Source of the DNA: Nemertoderma westbladi | Taxonomy: Eukaryota > Animalia > Xenacoelomorpha | NCBI GenBank assembly: GCA_032718475.1 | Contig: JAUCBJ010009142.1 | Location: forward strand, 1-48,346 | Reading direction: 5' to 3' | DNA: 48,346 nt | Shown here: piece by piece, positions 1 through 11,677 of the stretch | Layout of the letters: every line of letters starts with the position of its first letter | Numbering within the stretch: position 1 is the stretch's first letter | The notes under the pieces: model-generated | What the model saw: the letters and a program-made list of their open reading frames with translations, nothing else | Told to the model about the DNA's origin: nothing | Databases searched by the model: none | Position numbers and translations under genes: made by a program

Positions 1-32
1 TTCGCCCTCAATCCCACCCCCCTCAGTCCAAC

Positions 33-1130
33 TCATGGATGACTAAACTCTGGGGTGCACTTTCCTACAACCCTCCTGTAGGTCTTCCTATCCTTTGCTC
101 CTATCTTACCCCCTATCCGCACTTCCACTGATCGGACTCTTCCGTCCTCGTCGGAGTAAGTGTCTACTACTCTCACTAGCCTCCACTGATTGTTGATGAT
201 TGTGTCGTCGGTGACGATCACTAAATCACTTTTCTTTAACTCTCTAGTGGTATTTCTCCACTTGCTCCTTCTGTGTAATGTGGGTAGATATTCCTCGACC
301 CACCTCCTCCAATACTCTGTGCTTATCGCCTTGGCGACTTTCCAACTCTGTCCGGAGTGTATGTCAACTGGGTCTACTCCCCGCATGGCGATGGTCGCCG
401 GCCTTTCCATCAGAAAGTGGCTCGGTGTTAGCACGTCTAGTGATTCCGGGTCGTCATTCTCTGGATATAGCGGTCTGCTATTGATGATTCCCTCGCACTT
501 AGCCAGCACCGTCCTTAGAATGTCCTCTGTCACCATGTGGGTGTTCATCAACTTCGTCAATCGACGCTTGGAACTACCCACAAGTCTCTCGACACATCCT
601 AAAGTATGCGGCGCATACGGCGTCCTCCTTTCCCACTTCACCTGTCATCTCTGCATGGCTTCCCTGACCTCTTCTCCTTCCAGGATGTCCAAGGCCTCCG
701 CCAACTCGTTCTCTGCTCCCACAAAGTTCGTTCCATTCTCGGAATAGATCACTGCAATCGTTCCACCTTTGCGGTTTCTAAATCGCTCTAAGGCATTGAT
801 GAATGCCGATGCCGTGGCGTCTTGGGCGAGTTCTATTCCTACCGCCCTCGTGTTGTTACATACGAAGATGATGCCGTATCGTTTCTCTGTGTGTCGCATC
901 ACCTTGATCTTGATCGGCCCGAACATGTCTATGCCGCAGTGCGTGAATGGCGGGTCGTGCTGTCTCACCCTACTGACCGGTAATGGCGCCATCTCCTGTA
1001 CGGCCCACTCCTTTCTCATCCGTCGGCAGGTCTGGCAATACCCCACTACCGCCTTCACCTTCTTCCTTAACTGCGCAATCCAGAAGGTCCTCCAAATTTC
1101 TGTGAGGGTCTGGTTGGTGCCTCCGTGCAA
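33..1130 (-). pseudogene. BEL integrase and C-terminal DUF5641-like region
   Basis: HHCC remnant (HGG..CQTC), PFTHCGIDMFGP, FVCNNTRAV, YSENGTNFVGA, GCVERLV, INSRPL, LTPSHFL, YWRRWVEEYLPTL, DEDGRVRSVEV; split by a stop near 642. Confidence 0.92.
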
Positions 1131-1513
1131 TATCGACTTGTAGGAGTCCCAAATGATCTGGTGGACTATCGGCGACCTGTTGGGGATGATAATGGGTTTT
1201 GGTGGGATGATAAGGCTGTTGTTGTTCAGTCTCTGTCTTTCTCTGTCAATACCGTATCACGGCCTTAGGCTTTAGCATTTGGTTTCTTCTTGGCGTCCTT
1301 GCCAACTCCCTTGAGGAAATCCCTGTAGGCCCTCCATTACGCCACCAACTTCTTGGTCTTGTACCAGCTAGAGCTGTAACTAAGTAGCCTATCTGTCGGG
1401 TTGTCACATGGCTCTTCTAATTTCGGTTGCACCTCCCTGACTTCCCTCACCATCTGAATATATATCTCTTCTCCTTCTGAGTCTTCTTCCTCTCCCCCTG
1501 GTGCTACTTCCTC

Positions 1514-3094
1514 TTAACCTGGGTCCACCTTCTTCATTGGTGGCCAGGCCGATCTATCGTTCAGGAAGTGTGGCCCGTGCTGCCACAACACTTCCTTCTT
1601 TAAGAAAGTATGTCGTGCCACGCCCCTCAATAACAAGTCTGCTGGGTTCTCGTCTGTTCGGCAGTAGTGCCACCTTTCCAAGTCTGTCGTCGCCCTTATT
1701 TCGTCCACCCTATTCGCGACGAATATAGGGTACCTCGTCTTCTCGTTGTGCAGCCACCCGAGCACTACCATGGAGTCCGTCCAGTAGTGTGTTTCCACTA
1801 TGTTGGGAATAGTGTCCATCAATTAGGCTGTGGCCCTTACACCTAGTCTTGCAGCTGTCAACTCGAGTTTCGGGACTGACGCTGAATCTGGCGGCGTCGA
1901 CTTTGCTTTACTGAATGCAAGTCTGGGCTTATAAGCCGCTGTACTAGTCCGTCCTGTCCCCGTCCGGAAAATACACGCGTGGCATGCTGTACGTCCCCAT
2001 CTGTTCTAAACTCCCCTTCCACTTACTCCATTGCTTGCTAATTTCATCCGGGACCTCTGTATCCCACTCGTCCTTTAACTTGTATACTTTCTTAAGTATC
2101 TGTTTCCCCGTGACTAACAATGGGGATGCTAGGCCTAAGGGATCGTATATCCTTGCTATGTATGATACATAGCCCCACTTTGTGTGGGTGTCCGCGCCCT
2201 CCTGGCTCAGTTGATACTTGAACTCGTCTGTCTCCGGTTCCATACGATCCCCAGCGCCTTCTGCTGAGAATCCACTCTTTTGTTCGCCATGTCCTGTCCT
2301 TTGGCTGTCGTGGGGTTGTCCATTGTCGAATCTGGCCGCCTGTCCTCTATGGCTTTCATAAACTCCTCTGCGCTGGATTGAAACTTGGCCAGGTTAAATC
2401 CAAATCCTTTCAGGATGTCGCGAACCTCGCGCCTTGTGTCCAGAAATTCTTTAACCGTGTTTCCAGACTCCATCCCGTCGTCTACGTAGAAGCCGCGTCG
2501 AATCATATCGATCGCTTAGGCACTATACTTCCCTTAGGCACTTATACTTCCCTTATCTTTCCCCTCTACTGTATCTCTTACAGCCACAGTCGTCATAAAT
2601 GAGGACGACTTGGCTCCCATGTTCTGCACCACCATCTTGTACATCGGTATTGTCGACAGTTCCTCGTTGCTGTTGTACCATAGGAAGCGCTGGCTGTCGC
2701 TATCCTCCTCTGTCACACGGACTTGGTTGAGCATGCCTTCGATGTCGCAGGTGAAGGCATGTCTCCCATTTCTGAATCTCAGTAGGACCTCGATTCCCGA
2801 GTTATAGATATTGGGGCCCTCCAGCAGATAGTCGTTTAGGCACTTGCCGTTGGTTTTAGCCGATGCGACAACTACCATCCGCAATTTACCTTTCTTTGGA
2901 TCTAAAGCCACATGAAGTGGCAGATAGTAGGTCCTGTCCGTGTTCGGTTCGTCAACCGGCAACTCCACGGCCCATCCTTTCTCGACATACTTCTTTATTG
3001 TCTTGTGGATGTACACATCCTTTTCGGGGCTCTGTTTCAGCGTTTGCTTCAGTTTGCGAAGCCTCGTGAGTACCATCCTCTTGTTGTCAGGCAA
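1514..3094 (-). pseudogene. BEL reverse transcriptase and RNase H (Pao type)
   Basis: YYLPLH, CLNDYLLEGP, CDIEGMLNQV, QRFLW, FYVDD, IYDPLGLASP, YWTDSMVVLGW, FVANRV, NPADLL; several frameshifts. Confidence 0.92.
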
Positions 3095-5082
3095 CGGTAG
3101 CTTCGTCTGTTTCCAAAACCATGCCTATGGTGTACCGTCCCTCCTCGCATCTCATCGAGTCCTTCATGCTTTGTATCGCTTGTTTATCCTCTACCGAGGT
3201 TCTGACCCCAGTCTCCTTTAGTCCCTCAAAGTCCTGTCTCAGCAATCTCCTGAGCTGCTCCTCCGCTCCTTCATCTTCCATCTCCCTCATAGTTCCCGCG
3301 AACATGCACCCTGATGTCTCCGACATCCTAAATGGAATCTTGGTTTTAATTGGGCCGCTTAGCGTCCACCCGAATGGTGTTAGAATTGCCATCAGGTCAC
3401 GTTGTCTGTCTTCGCCGAAGACCGTTTGCATTCTCTCGTGGGCCGTCGGGCAATCCATTCCCACTATGATGGATACCTTCCTGACGTCCACTTCCGGTAT
3501 CGAGAAATTGATGTTGTCCAGGAATCTGTATTGTTCGACCTCGATGTTGGTTGGTCGCCTGGCGTTGATATTGATCGATTCTATTACCTGGATGGGGTCG
3601 ATGGTCGCCCCATAATCGCATCCCGGTGCTATCGCTGCTATCTCGCACTGTCCCGTCCTCATCTCCAGGACCTCATCTTTGCTGGAGATGGTTGTTACCG
3701 CCATCCTACTTGGCCTCGTCTTTAGTCCTATCTCTTCGGCCACCCAATTCTCTACCAATGTGAAGGCTGCTCCACTGTCGACCAGCATCAATGAGGTTAC
3801 TGATCGACTGCCTTCCCCTATCACCCTCACTGGTACTACCCCGAGTAGTACCGTTCCTCTCCTCTTCGCCCCTATGGTGCTTGTCGCCATTCTTTGACCT
3901 TTGCCTTGACCGAATCTTACTGGTGTCTCCTTACACTCTTCAACCTTGTGTCCCCCTATCACACATCGGTGACAAATTCCATTCTTATCCGCATAGGCTT
4001 TCCGATCTTGTTTGGGTAACGCCTGCCAATGCTTACAGTCCATGGTCTTATGGGTCCTGTCTTTATGCAATTGACATTTGTATTCTGGGTTGTAACGTTC
4101 CCTATATAACCCTACACGTATTGCGCGTAGGTTTACGTCTACCGGTTTAGTGTTTTGGTTATTTGAATTTGGCCTACTGGGCGTGTTGGGGTTATATTTG
4201 TTCGTGTTGTTATTTTGTCCCTGTTCATGCCACAGTCTGGCCCCACTTCCAGCTATCTGTGGACTTGCAGTCCCCTGTGTCGCCGCATATGGTAGGGATT
4301 ATCTTAATTTTGGCAATGCATTTGCCGCGTTATGCTCCGGCTTCGGCCTGTTGTATTCGGCCCTCGGCGCCTTCCCCAGACTATCCTCGCTGTAGACTGG
4401 GTACCGTAATTAACTCTGCTTCGTAGTTGAGGAAGTTCGACATTTCCTCTAAGCCCGGTTCCGCACCCTTCTTCTCCCGAGTTGAGAAGGCAATCTTTCT
4501 CCATTTATTGCGCAGCCAGATTGGCAGTGCCTGCGCTATCATGGTGATATTATTAGATGCGTTGAGTTCGTATGGCACGTCTAGTGTTTTCAGCACGATT
4601 AACGCCTTTTCGACTTTGTTCGCAAACGTCTTTATGGTAACGGGGTTATCCTGTAGGCCACCCGATGTTATACCCCTCAGGCTTTGCCGGATAATCTTGG
4701 CCGGGTGCCCGTATTCCCTGTCTAGGGCCTACCATGCAGTCGTGAAGCCACCCTCGATGCCCTGCTACTGCCTCACGATGTCGTACGCTGGGCCTCCTGT
4801 GTATACCTGTAGATATTTTAGGCACTCTGCCTGCATCAGGTTCTTAGTTAATATCTCGTTGCTGAACATGCGCCAAAATTGCAGGTATTCTTCCGGCCTA
4901 CTTCCGTCGAATTTAAATGGCTCTACGGGTGGTAGCTCGATTCTGGTCAGGAGCGCATCGATTAGTGTAGCCATTCCCATCGCCTGTGCTTCCAATGGGT
5001 TAGAAGGATGCTGTACAGATTCTCCCGTTGGGTGCGTTCCGCCCGTCCGGCCTGTTGCCTTCCGTTGCGTCGGATATACCAT
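3087..5082 (-). pseudogene. BEL gag C-terminal half (DUF1759-like core, Cys-His knuckles) and aspartic protease
   Basis: KFDGSRPEEYLQFW, KYLQVYTGGPAY, LPIWLRNKW, CHRCVIGGHKVEEC, LGVVPVRV, LVDSGA, TPFGWTLSGP. Confidence 0.88.
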
Positions 5083-5194
5083 TGGGGGTAACGGCCCCCT
5101 CCATATTTCTGTGTCGAAAGATCTGTTCTCGTCCAGGGGGTTCGATGTTCTTATTTCTGTTTGAGTGTATTGTTGATATTGTAATGGGGGAATG

Positions 5195-8053
5195 TCACAC
5201 TGCCCCCCCCCCCCCCACCGGTGGTATGTTTGGTACTGGGGTTGATGTTAATATATTGGGGCCCATACACCTATCCGCAATAACTCTCCCCTCCCCTGGA
5301 TATATGTTATGTCCCTGCATGTTATAGTCATACTGCTGTGCTGGTACCGGTATAGGCCTATCCACTTCTGGCCTACCTACCGGTATATACTCCGCGATTT
5401 CCGGGTTTAATCCCGTTGTCCGCGCTACCCTATCGCCTACACTATCTCTCCCAGAATGGCCTATAGTATGTGCAGTAAGGCCTACAGTATGTCCTGCAGT
5501 CTGTATGTGTCTCTCCGGACCGAAGTTTAACCTTCTCGAATAATCCAAGAGGTCCTCCCCGTGACTACCGTACCCTCGATCGGCAGCTATATCCCGTTGG
5601 GAAGTTTCTCTTCGATCCCCTCTCCTGTTCTCGTCCTCGTGCCGGTACGTCCTGTACCCCTCTCTCGGCATATAATATGCTTCGCCAGGTTGCGTCTCTC
5701 CAGGGCGACGGCAATCTCCCGGAGTTTGAGCCCACTGACTCTCCAACTCCATCTCTACTACCGACGGCTCGCTATCCGTCCTCGCTCTCCGGTCGCTTGT
5801 AGCGACGCTTCTTCTATTCTCTTCTCTTCTTCTCTCTTCAGTGTAGCGTTCCCGCTCATGAGATCTCTCGTCAACCTCCCGGTTAAACTCCACTGTTCTT
5901 CTTCCCTCTTCTGACTGGGCTCGACATCTCGTCGCTCGCCCGCTCACGACGCCAACCTCCCTCTCTCTAGCCGGTCGGATGCCGCTGGGGATATTCGTAA
6001 TCCCCCTACTATTCTCCATCGCCGGGTGCTGCGGTTCACCTAACTCTCCCCACGCATTATTCGCCGACACCTGTGGGACATTCTCTGCCCCCCCCCCCCT
6101 CTCACCACTAATCTCTCGCTGTGGGGCGCCTGTAGCCACCCCCCGCTCGCCACCTATTACTTCACTATCTCTTGCTTCGCTTCTATGCCCCTCTCTAGTC
6201 GACGCACTATCTCTACTGCGGCTGGGTCTATTCACCCCCGCCTCTCCCTCTACCACTGCGTGGCCTGGCAGGCTCCCGTCGGGCTGACTCACCCCCGTTG
6301 CTCCCTGCCTAACTACGTGGCCTTGCAGGCTCCCTTCGGGGTCTCTCACCCCCGCTACTCCCTGCGTACTAACTACGTGGCCTTGCAGGCTCTCGCTGGC
6401 CAGACCACCCGTGTCCCCTACATTAGTATTAATAGCCCCGTTATCAATATTATTTTCTAAATTATTTGAATTATTTGGATTATGTTCTGAATTCGGATTG
6501 TTATTTGAATTATTTTGTATATTTAGATTGGAATCGGGAATATTTTGCTCGTTTGAATTAAAATTATTATTTAGATTATTTTGCGTATTTAAATTTAAAT
6601 TATTTGAATTACTTTGTATATTCGAATCTAGATTATTATTTGAATTATTTTCTATATTTGGATTTAAATTATTATTGTCGGGCAAAATTAATTTTCTGGA
6701 ATGAAAGTTTGATTAGGGTTATCTACTACGGTACTATTAATATTAACGCCTTCTAACATATTATTATTATTACCCCTCCCCCCCCCCCCCCACCCGTACA
6801 ATTACACCAGTATTGGGTCTGTCGTCCGGTGCCTGTAAGTGGGATATTAACAAACGTTTCCATTACTTCTGGCTCCTTGTAAATACTACCCGAGCCAGCC
6901 TCACTCTCTGATAGCCCCAATTGCGCCAGTTCTAGTCGGCGCTTCTGTTTGGCCTGATATTGCATAAGCCCCCTTAACCGGGCGTGCATATCATCCCGCA
7001 TACGTTTCCCCGCTCTCTCTCTCTCTCTATCCTCTCACAGACTTTGGTCTGCCAACTCTGCCTCCCTCGCCTCCTGCTCTCTACGCTCGTTCTCTAATTT
7101 TGTCTCTCGCTCTCTATGCTCGTTCTCTACTTTTGTCTCTCGCTCTCTCTTTATTCTCTCTCGCCAACTCTCTCTCTTTCTCTAACAACACAGTTCCCTC
7201 ATCCAACTGCCTCTCTAATTCTTTCTGGTCTAGCGCCACCATGTCTAGTTGACACGCCAGATCTATCTCCAACACCCTTCTTGCTTTTGCGGAGGATGTA
7301 GCGGACTTATCGGTCGCTACGGACTCCCATCACCTCTCTGTCCTACTAACTTTCCCCCGCCTTCTGGGGTTCTCGCTAACCGAAGCGACCAAATCCTCGG
7401 GGTTAACCTCGGTTCCCCTCGTGCGGATCTGCCCAACCCACTAACTTAATTCCCCTAGCATCCACTAAATATGGCCCTACGTACACCACTTCAGGCTCCA
7501 TAACCCCGGATCGCCACAGTTCGAATAGTTCGGTGGCGACCCCCCTCGCTCTCTCACTCGCCAATTCTCTCTGACCGAAACGGACTAGATATCTGAAATG
7601 TTTATTCGACTCACCTAGCCGCTGGCTCAACTTCCCCTGGTTTACCTTCTCTCCCTCTTTGGCCTCCCTCAACAGTTTCTTGGTGGCGTTGTAGGCCTGT
7701 CGAAGCCAATCGCTGGTCCCGACGTCCTCTTCACCGACATCTCCTCCTCCTCTCCTGGTTCGGCGTCGTACCGGCGGCCCCACCATCGCCGTTCCGGTGG
7801 GCCGTCCATCGCCCTCGGCCTGTGGCTGGCCGGCGACTTCGGTACTTCGACCGCCGTCGTGCGTCGACTCGTCCCTTCCTCGTGGTAGATGGCCGCCCTC
7901 CTCTTGGGATGCCGGATCGTCCCTCGTCGGCAAATCCGGCGTCGCAGGTCGGTACCGTCGCGTCGCTGCCTCATGGATCGTTTGGTTGGTATCATCCGGG
8001 GTCCGCGGCGGTGTCCTCTCTCCCTCTGACAGTTGGGGTCTTCCTGCGCTCAT
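5195..8053 (-). pseudogene. BEL gag N-terminal low-complexity region
   Basis: ATG at 8053, 35 bp after the LTR; ORF pieces 7403-8053, 6753-7001 and 5195-6685 are E/R-rich and Asn-rich and collinear with the gag core. Confidence 0.65.
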
Positions 8054-8088
8054 CTTTATTAGTTTATAGTGGTTGGGGTAATCTTCAC

Positions 8089-8661
8089 TGTGACGGGATC
8101 AAGGGATCCCGACCGGTTCAATAGACAACGCGTCACCGCAGTAGTGAAATAAAGAGTTTGTTGTTATCTCTGTGTTAATATAATGACTGACAATAACTGA
8201 ATGATAGCACAAAGGTAGCGAATGCTATAGCTGTATAGGGTACCGGTATGTAGATATATTGGTGACGGTGAAGATTGTCACCAGTCTGCACTATAAACCA
8301 ATAACTGAATAACTGATTTCACAGACCGGTAGTAGGATAATATATATATGTATAATTACTACATTACTCTGGCCTTTGTTCAGTGGATGCTTCCCTTGCC
8401 CCTATTGGCTAATAATCTACTTCACGCCTCTCCCCTCTCTGGGAGTGTTTCCCCCTGCTGTTGGCCCCTGCTGGTTGTTTCCCCTCCCGAGGTGATTTGA
8501 CCTCTAACCTCCCTTTGTGTGGCTTTTGGGGTTTGTGTTATCCCCGATTATTGGTTGTGATACGAGATTGGTTGTCGCCAATCTCGTATCTCCAATATTG
8601 CTGAAAAAGGTGCCACTTCCCATTTTATGAGGGTAATGAGGCGGAATTGAATCCGCTCACA
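8089..8661 (-). repeat. 5' LTR of BEL element 1 (573 bp)
   Basis: TG...CA ends with imperfect terminal inverted repeat TGTGACGGGAT / ATCCGCTCACA, directly upstream of gag. The partner LTR is not in the window. Confidence 0.8.
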
Positions 8662-10420
8662 AGTTAAGTTCTGACAGTTAGCTGGTATCTTGATTATTGG
8701 GGGCACCACATCTTCTGCAAGAATGTAGTCTCCAGCCAACTCCATAGAGCGAATGCAAGTTGGGTTTGAACTGGTAAATATGTTCAGTAGATTGATATCA
8801 TGATCACTAACAGTTTTTATATAGTTCGGTACGTCAAAGTATAACAAATCTGGTTTACCTCCCGGTGATATCAAACTACTAGTGCGAATTCTGTCAGTGG
8901 CTATTCCATCGTTGCTTTATAAGCAAGACACGTTGTAAGTACTGTAGTTCATATAAGTGAAGCGTACAACCTACACATGAAGTTCGTCGCCGAAGTTAAT
9001 GACACCGTTTATTGCTAACTCGTTAAAGTGTGTTAACCATTCCGACATACCCAAAACTGGGAATTTGGACAACCAGGCCTCAATTCTTTGATTCCTCGAA
9101 CTCTTCCCCTGGATATATGCGCATCCTGCAGTACTTCTTATCCTGCAGAACTTCTGAATGATTTATATGTTGACATTCTCTGTGCCACGATCTGTACGTT
9201 CTATATGTGGGACGCCGCCAATATCTTTTATTGTTTCTAGGAAGTAACTACAAAGGCCACTACAAAGGGGTCGTTATTAGTACTCGAACACTTAAGCCAT
9301 AATATACGTCTACTGTAACCGACGATTGCTCCTTGAACAGCAAATCCAAATGGTTTTAATTTGTCCCATCCATCAATGTGCATGAGAAAGTTAGGACCCT
9401 TCGCCTGGTAAGTCCTGCGAACTAGTTTCCTAGAAATTATAGTCTGTAAAGCTTCAGGATTGAAAATCTCCAATAAACTAGCGATGAGTTTTTGAATACT
9501 TTTTTTTATGAATAATTTACGAATAATTTATGTTCATTGATTAATATTTGCTGGAGTTGTCTGTATCCACATGTAGGACGACTATTGGCTTCCTCCTCTA
9601 TAATTGAAAGTGTTTGTTCGAATTGTTTAACATATAGACGTCGTGATAGACCAAGGTTGTGTACATATGTGGATGACTTCTGTTACCTGGGATCATGGAT
9701 CCGGAAGTCAGGTGAGGACCTTCGAATACGTAAGGGAAAGGCATGGGCAGCCTTGAATAGGCTTTCCAGGATTTGGAAGTCACCGAGAATTAATCGGAAA
9801 CTTAAGGTCCGGTTATTTAGAGCAGCAGTAGTTCCAGTACTCCTTTATGGTAGTCCATGCTGGGCTCTAACTGCTGAGGACACCAAATCTCTGGATGGCA
9901 CATTCACAAGAATGCTGCGCCGGGTTCATTGTGTCAAGTTCAATGCACACATCTCCAACCAGACACTATATAACATTGGAGGTGTCTCATTGGTTCCCCC
10001 AAGCTTGACACTAAAACAAAATCGCCTCCGCTTTGCAGGACATTGCTTTCGCCGTGAGGACCAGCCAGTGCATAATCTTGTACTTTGGCAGCCTCATGGA
10101 GTGAATAAGCATGGTGGACAGCCCATGACTTTCTTGAGACGCATCTTGAAGGACACTGGCCTTGAAGATGCGGATGATCTAGCAAATGTCATGGGTGATA
10201 GGGAGTTATGGCGGTGCAATTTTGTCGATAAGCCGGCACAGCATTCTTAAAAATGCAGCTGCAATGTAGCATGCCGATCCTAGTAGTAGTGTACATATCA
10301 CCGAATAGTTCTCTGAGATCGTATTATACTGTACTTTTCAAACAGCAATCGTGTGATCTATTTATATGTGAAGCCATCCCAGAAAAAGTGTTTTATGACA
10401 GAGTGAATGTCCAAATCCAT
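8662..10420 (-). pseudogene. IS3EU-like integrase-core DDE transposase remnant
   Basis: RRTYQAKGPNFLMHIDGWDKLKPFGFAVQGAIVGYSRRILWL, then RTDRGTEN, GKSSRNQRIEAW, WNSHRIR; probable ATG at 10420. Interrupted by an RTE LINE and by BEL element 1. Family assignment is from remembered motifs. Confidence 0.72.
9669..10288 (+). mobile_element. 5'-truncated RTE-clade LINE
   Basis: VDDFCYLGS, KVRLFRAAVVPVLLYGS, RLRFAGHCFR, DRELWR; short (TAG)n tail; TSD GTGTACATAT at 9659-9668 and 10289-10298. Confidence 0.9.
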
Positions 10421-10550
10421 AAAAATATCTAGTACTAAACACCTACACTAAGATGCTAGACAGGAACATTACTGTACAATGTAAAAACATTAAAAAAAAC
10501 AAAATAGTTTATTGATTTACAACAAAAGATGCAAATGATTTTAAGCATTG

Positions 10551-10750
10551 AAATGTTTTTCACCCGGGTGATAAATGTTTTTCACCCGGGTGATAAATGT
10601 TTTTCACCCGGGTGATAAATGTTTTTCACCCGGGTGATAAATGTTTTTCACCCGGGTGATAAATGTTTTTCACCCGGGTGATAAATGTTTTTCACCCGGG
10701 TGATAAATGTTTTTCACCCGGGTGATAAATGTTTTTCACCCGGGTGATAA
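10551..10750. repeat. 22-bp minisatellite, ~9 identical copies
   Basis: Unit AAATGTTTTTCACCCGGGTGAT containing the palindrome TCACCCGGGTGA. Confidence 0.97.
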
Positions 10751-10784
10751 TCCCGATAGATAAATCGATAAATCAGATAGATAA

Positions 10785-11677
10785 ATCCCGACCGGTTCAA
10801 TAGACAACGCGTCACCGCAGTAGTGAAATAAAGAGTTTGTTGTTATCTCTGTGTTAATATAATGACTGACAATAACTGAATGATAGCACAAAGGTAGCAA
10901 ATGCTATAGCTGTATAGGGTACCGGTATGTAGATATATTGGTGACGGTGAAGATTGTCACCAGTCTGCACTATAAACCAATAACTGAATAACTGATTTCA
11001 CAGACCGGTAGTAGGATAATATATATATGTATAATTACTACACTACTCTGGCCTTTGTTCAGTGGATGCTTCCCTCGCCCCTATTGGCTAATAATCTACT
11101 TCACGCCTCTCCCCTCTCTGGGAGTGTTTCCCCCTGCTGTTGGCCCCTGCTGGTTGTTTCCCCTCCCGAGGTGATTTGACCTCTAACCTCCCTTTGTGTG
11201 GCTTTTGGGGTTTGTGTTATCCCCGATTATTGGTTGTGATACGAGATTGGTTGTCGCCAATCTCGTATCTCCAATATTGCTGAAAAAGGTGCCACTTCCC
11301 ATTTTATGAGGGTAATGAGGCGGAATTGAATCCGCTCACAAGTTAAGTTCTGACAGTTAGCTGGTATCTTGATTATTGGGGGCACCACATCTTCTGCAAG
11401 AATGTAGTCTCCAGCCAACTCCATAGAGCGAATGCAAGTTGGGATTGAACTGGTAAATATGTTCAGTAGATTGATATCATGATCACTAACAGTTTTTATA
11501 TAGTTCGGTACGTCAAAGTATAACAAATCTGGTTTACCTCCCGGTGATATCAAACTACTAGTGCGAATTCTGTGGCTATTCCATCGTTGCTTTATAAGCA
11601 AGACACGTTGTAAGTACTGTAGTTCATATAAGTGAAGCGTACAACCTACACATGAAGTTCGTCGTCGAAGTTAATGA
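10785..11677. repeat. Near-identical duplication of 8106-9002 (LTR lacking ~17 bp plus ~340 bp of transposase flank)
   Basis: Direct match through the LTR end (11340) and on into the same flank, with few substitutions and one 4-bp indel. Confidence 0.95.

Larger units (their letters stand above)
1..8661 (-). mobile_element. BEL/Pao LTR retrotransposon, degenerate; 3' LTR outside the window
   Basis: Minus-strand ORF fragments in BEL order gag - Zn knuckles - protease - RT - RNase H - integrase, broken by stops and frameshifts. LTR lies upstream of gag; a purine-rich tract on the minus strand (1-25) follows pol. Confidence 0.93.

Noticed and set aside
190-8124. Plus-strand ORFs over BEL element 1
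   Set aside because: Antisense shadows of gag-pol with no recognisable motifs.
8548-8874. 108/124-aa ORFs ending ...QPISYHNQ as genes
   Set aside because: Chimeric read-through from the transposase remnant into the LTR.
8089-11340. A small LTR element bounded by the two 0.57-kb LTR copies
   Set aside because: Identity extends beyond the LTR into the flank, the second copy is truncated and no TSD brackets the pair.
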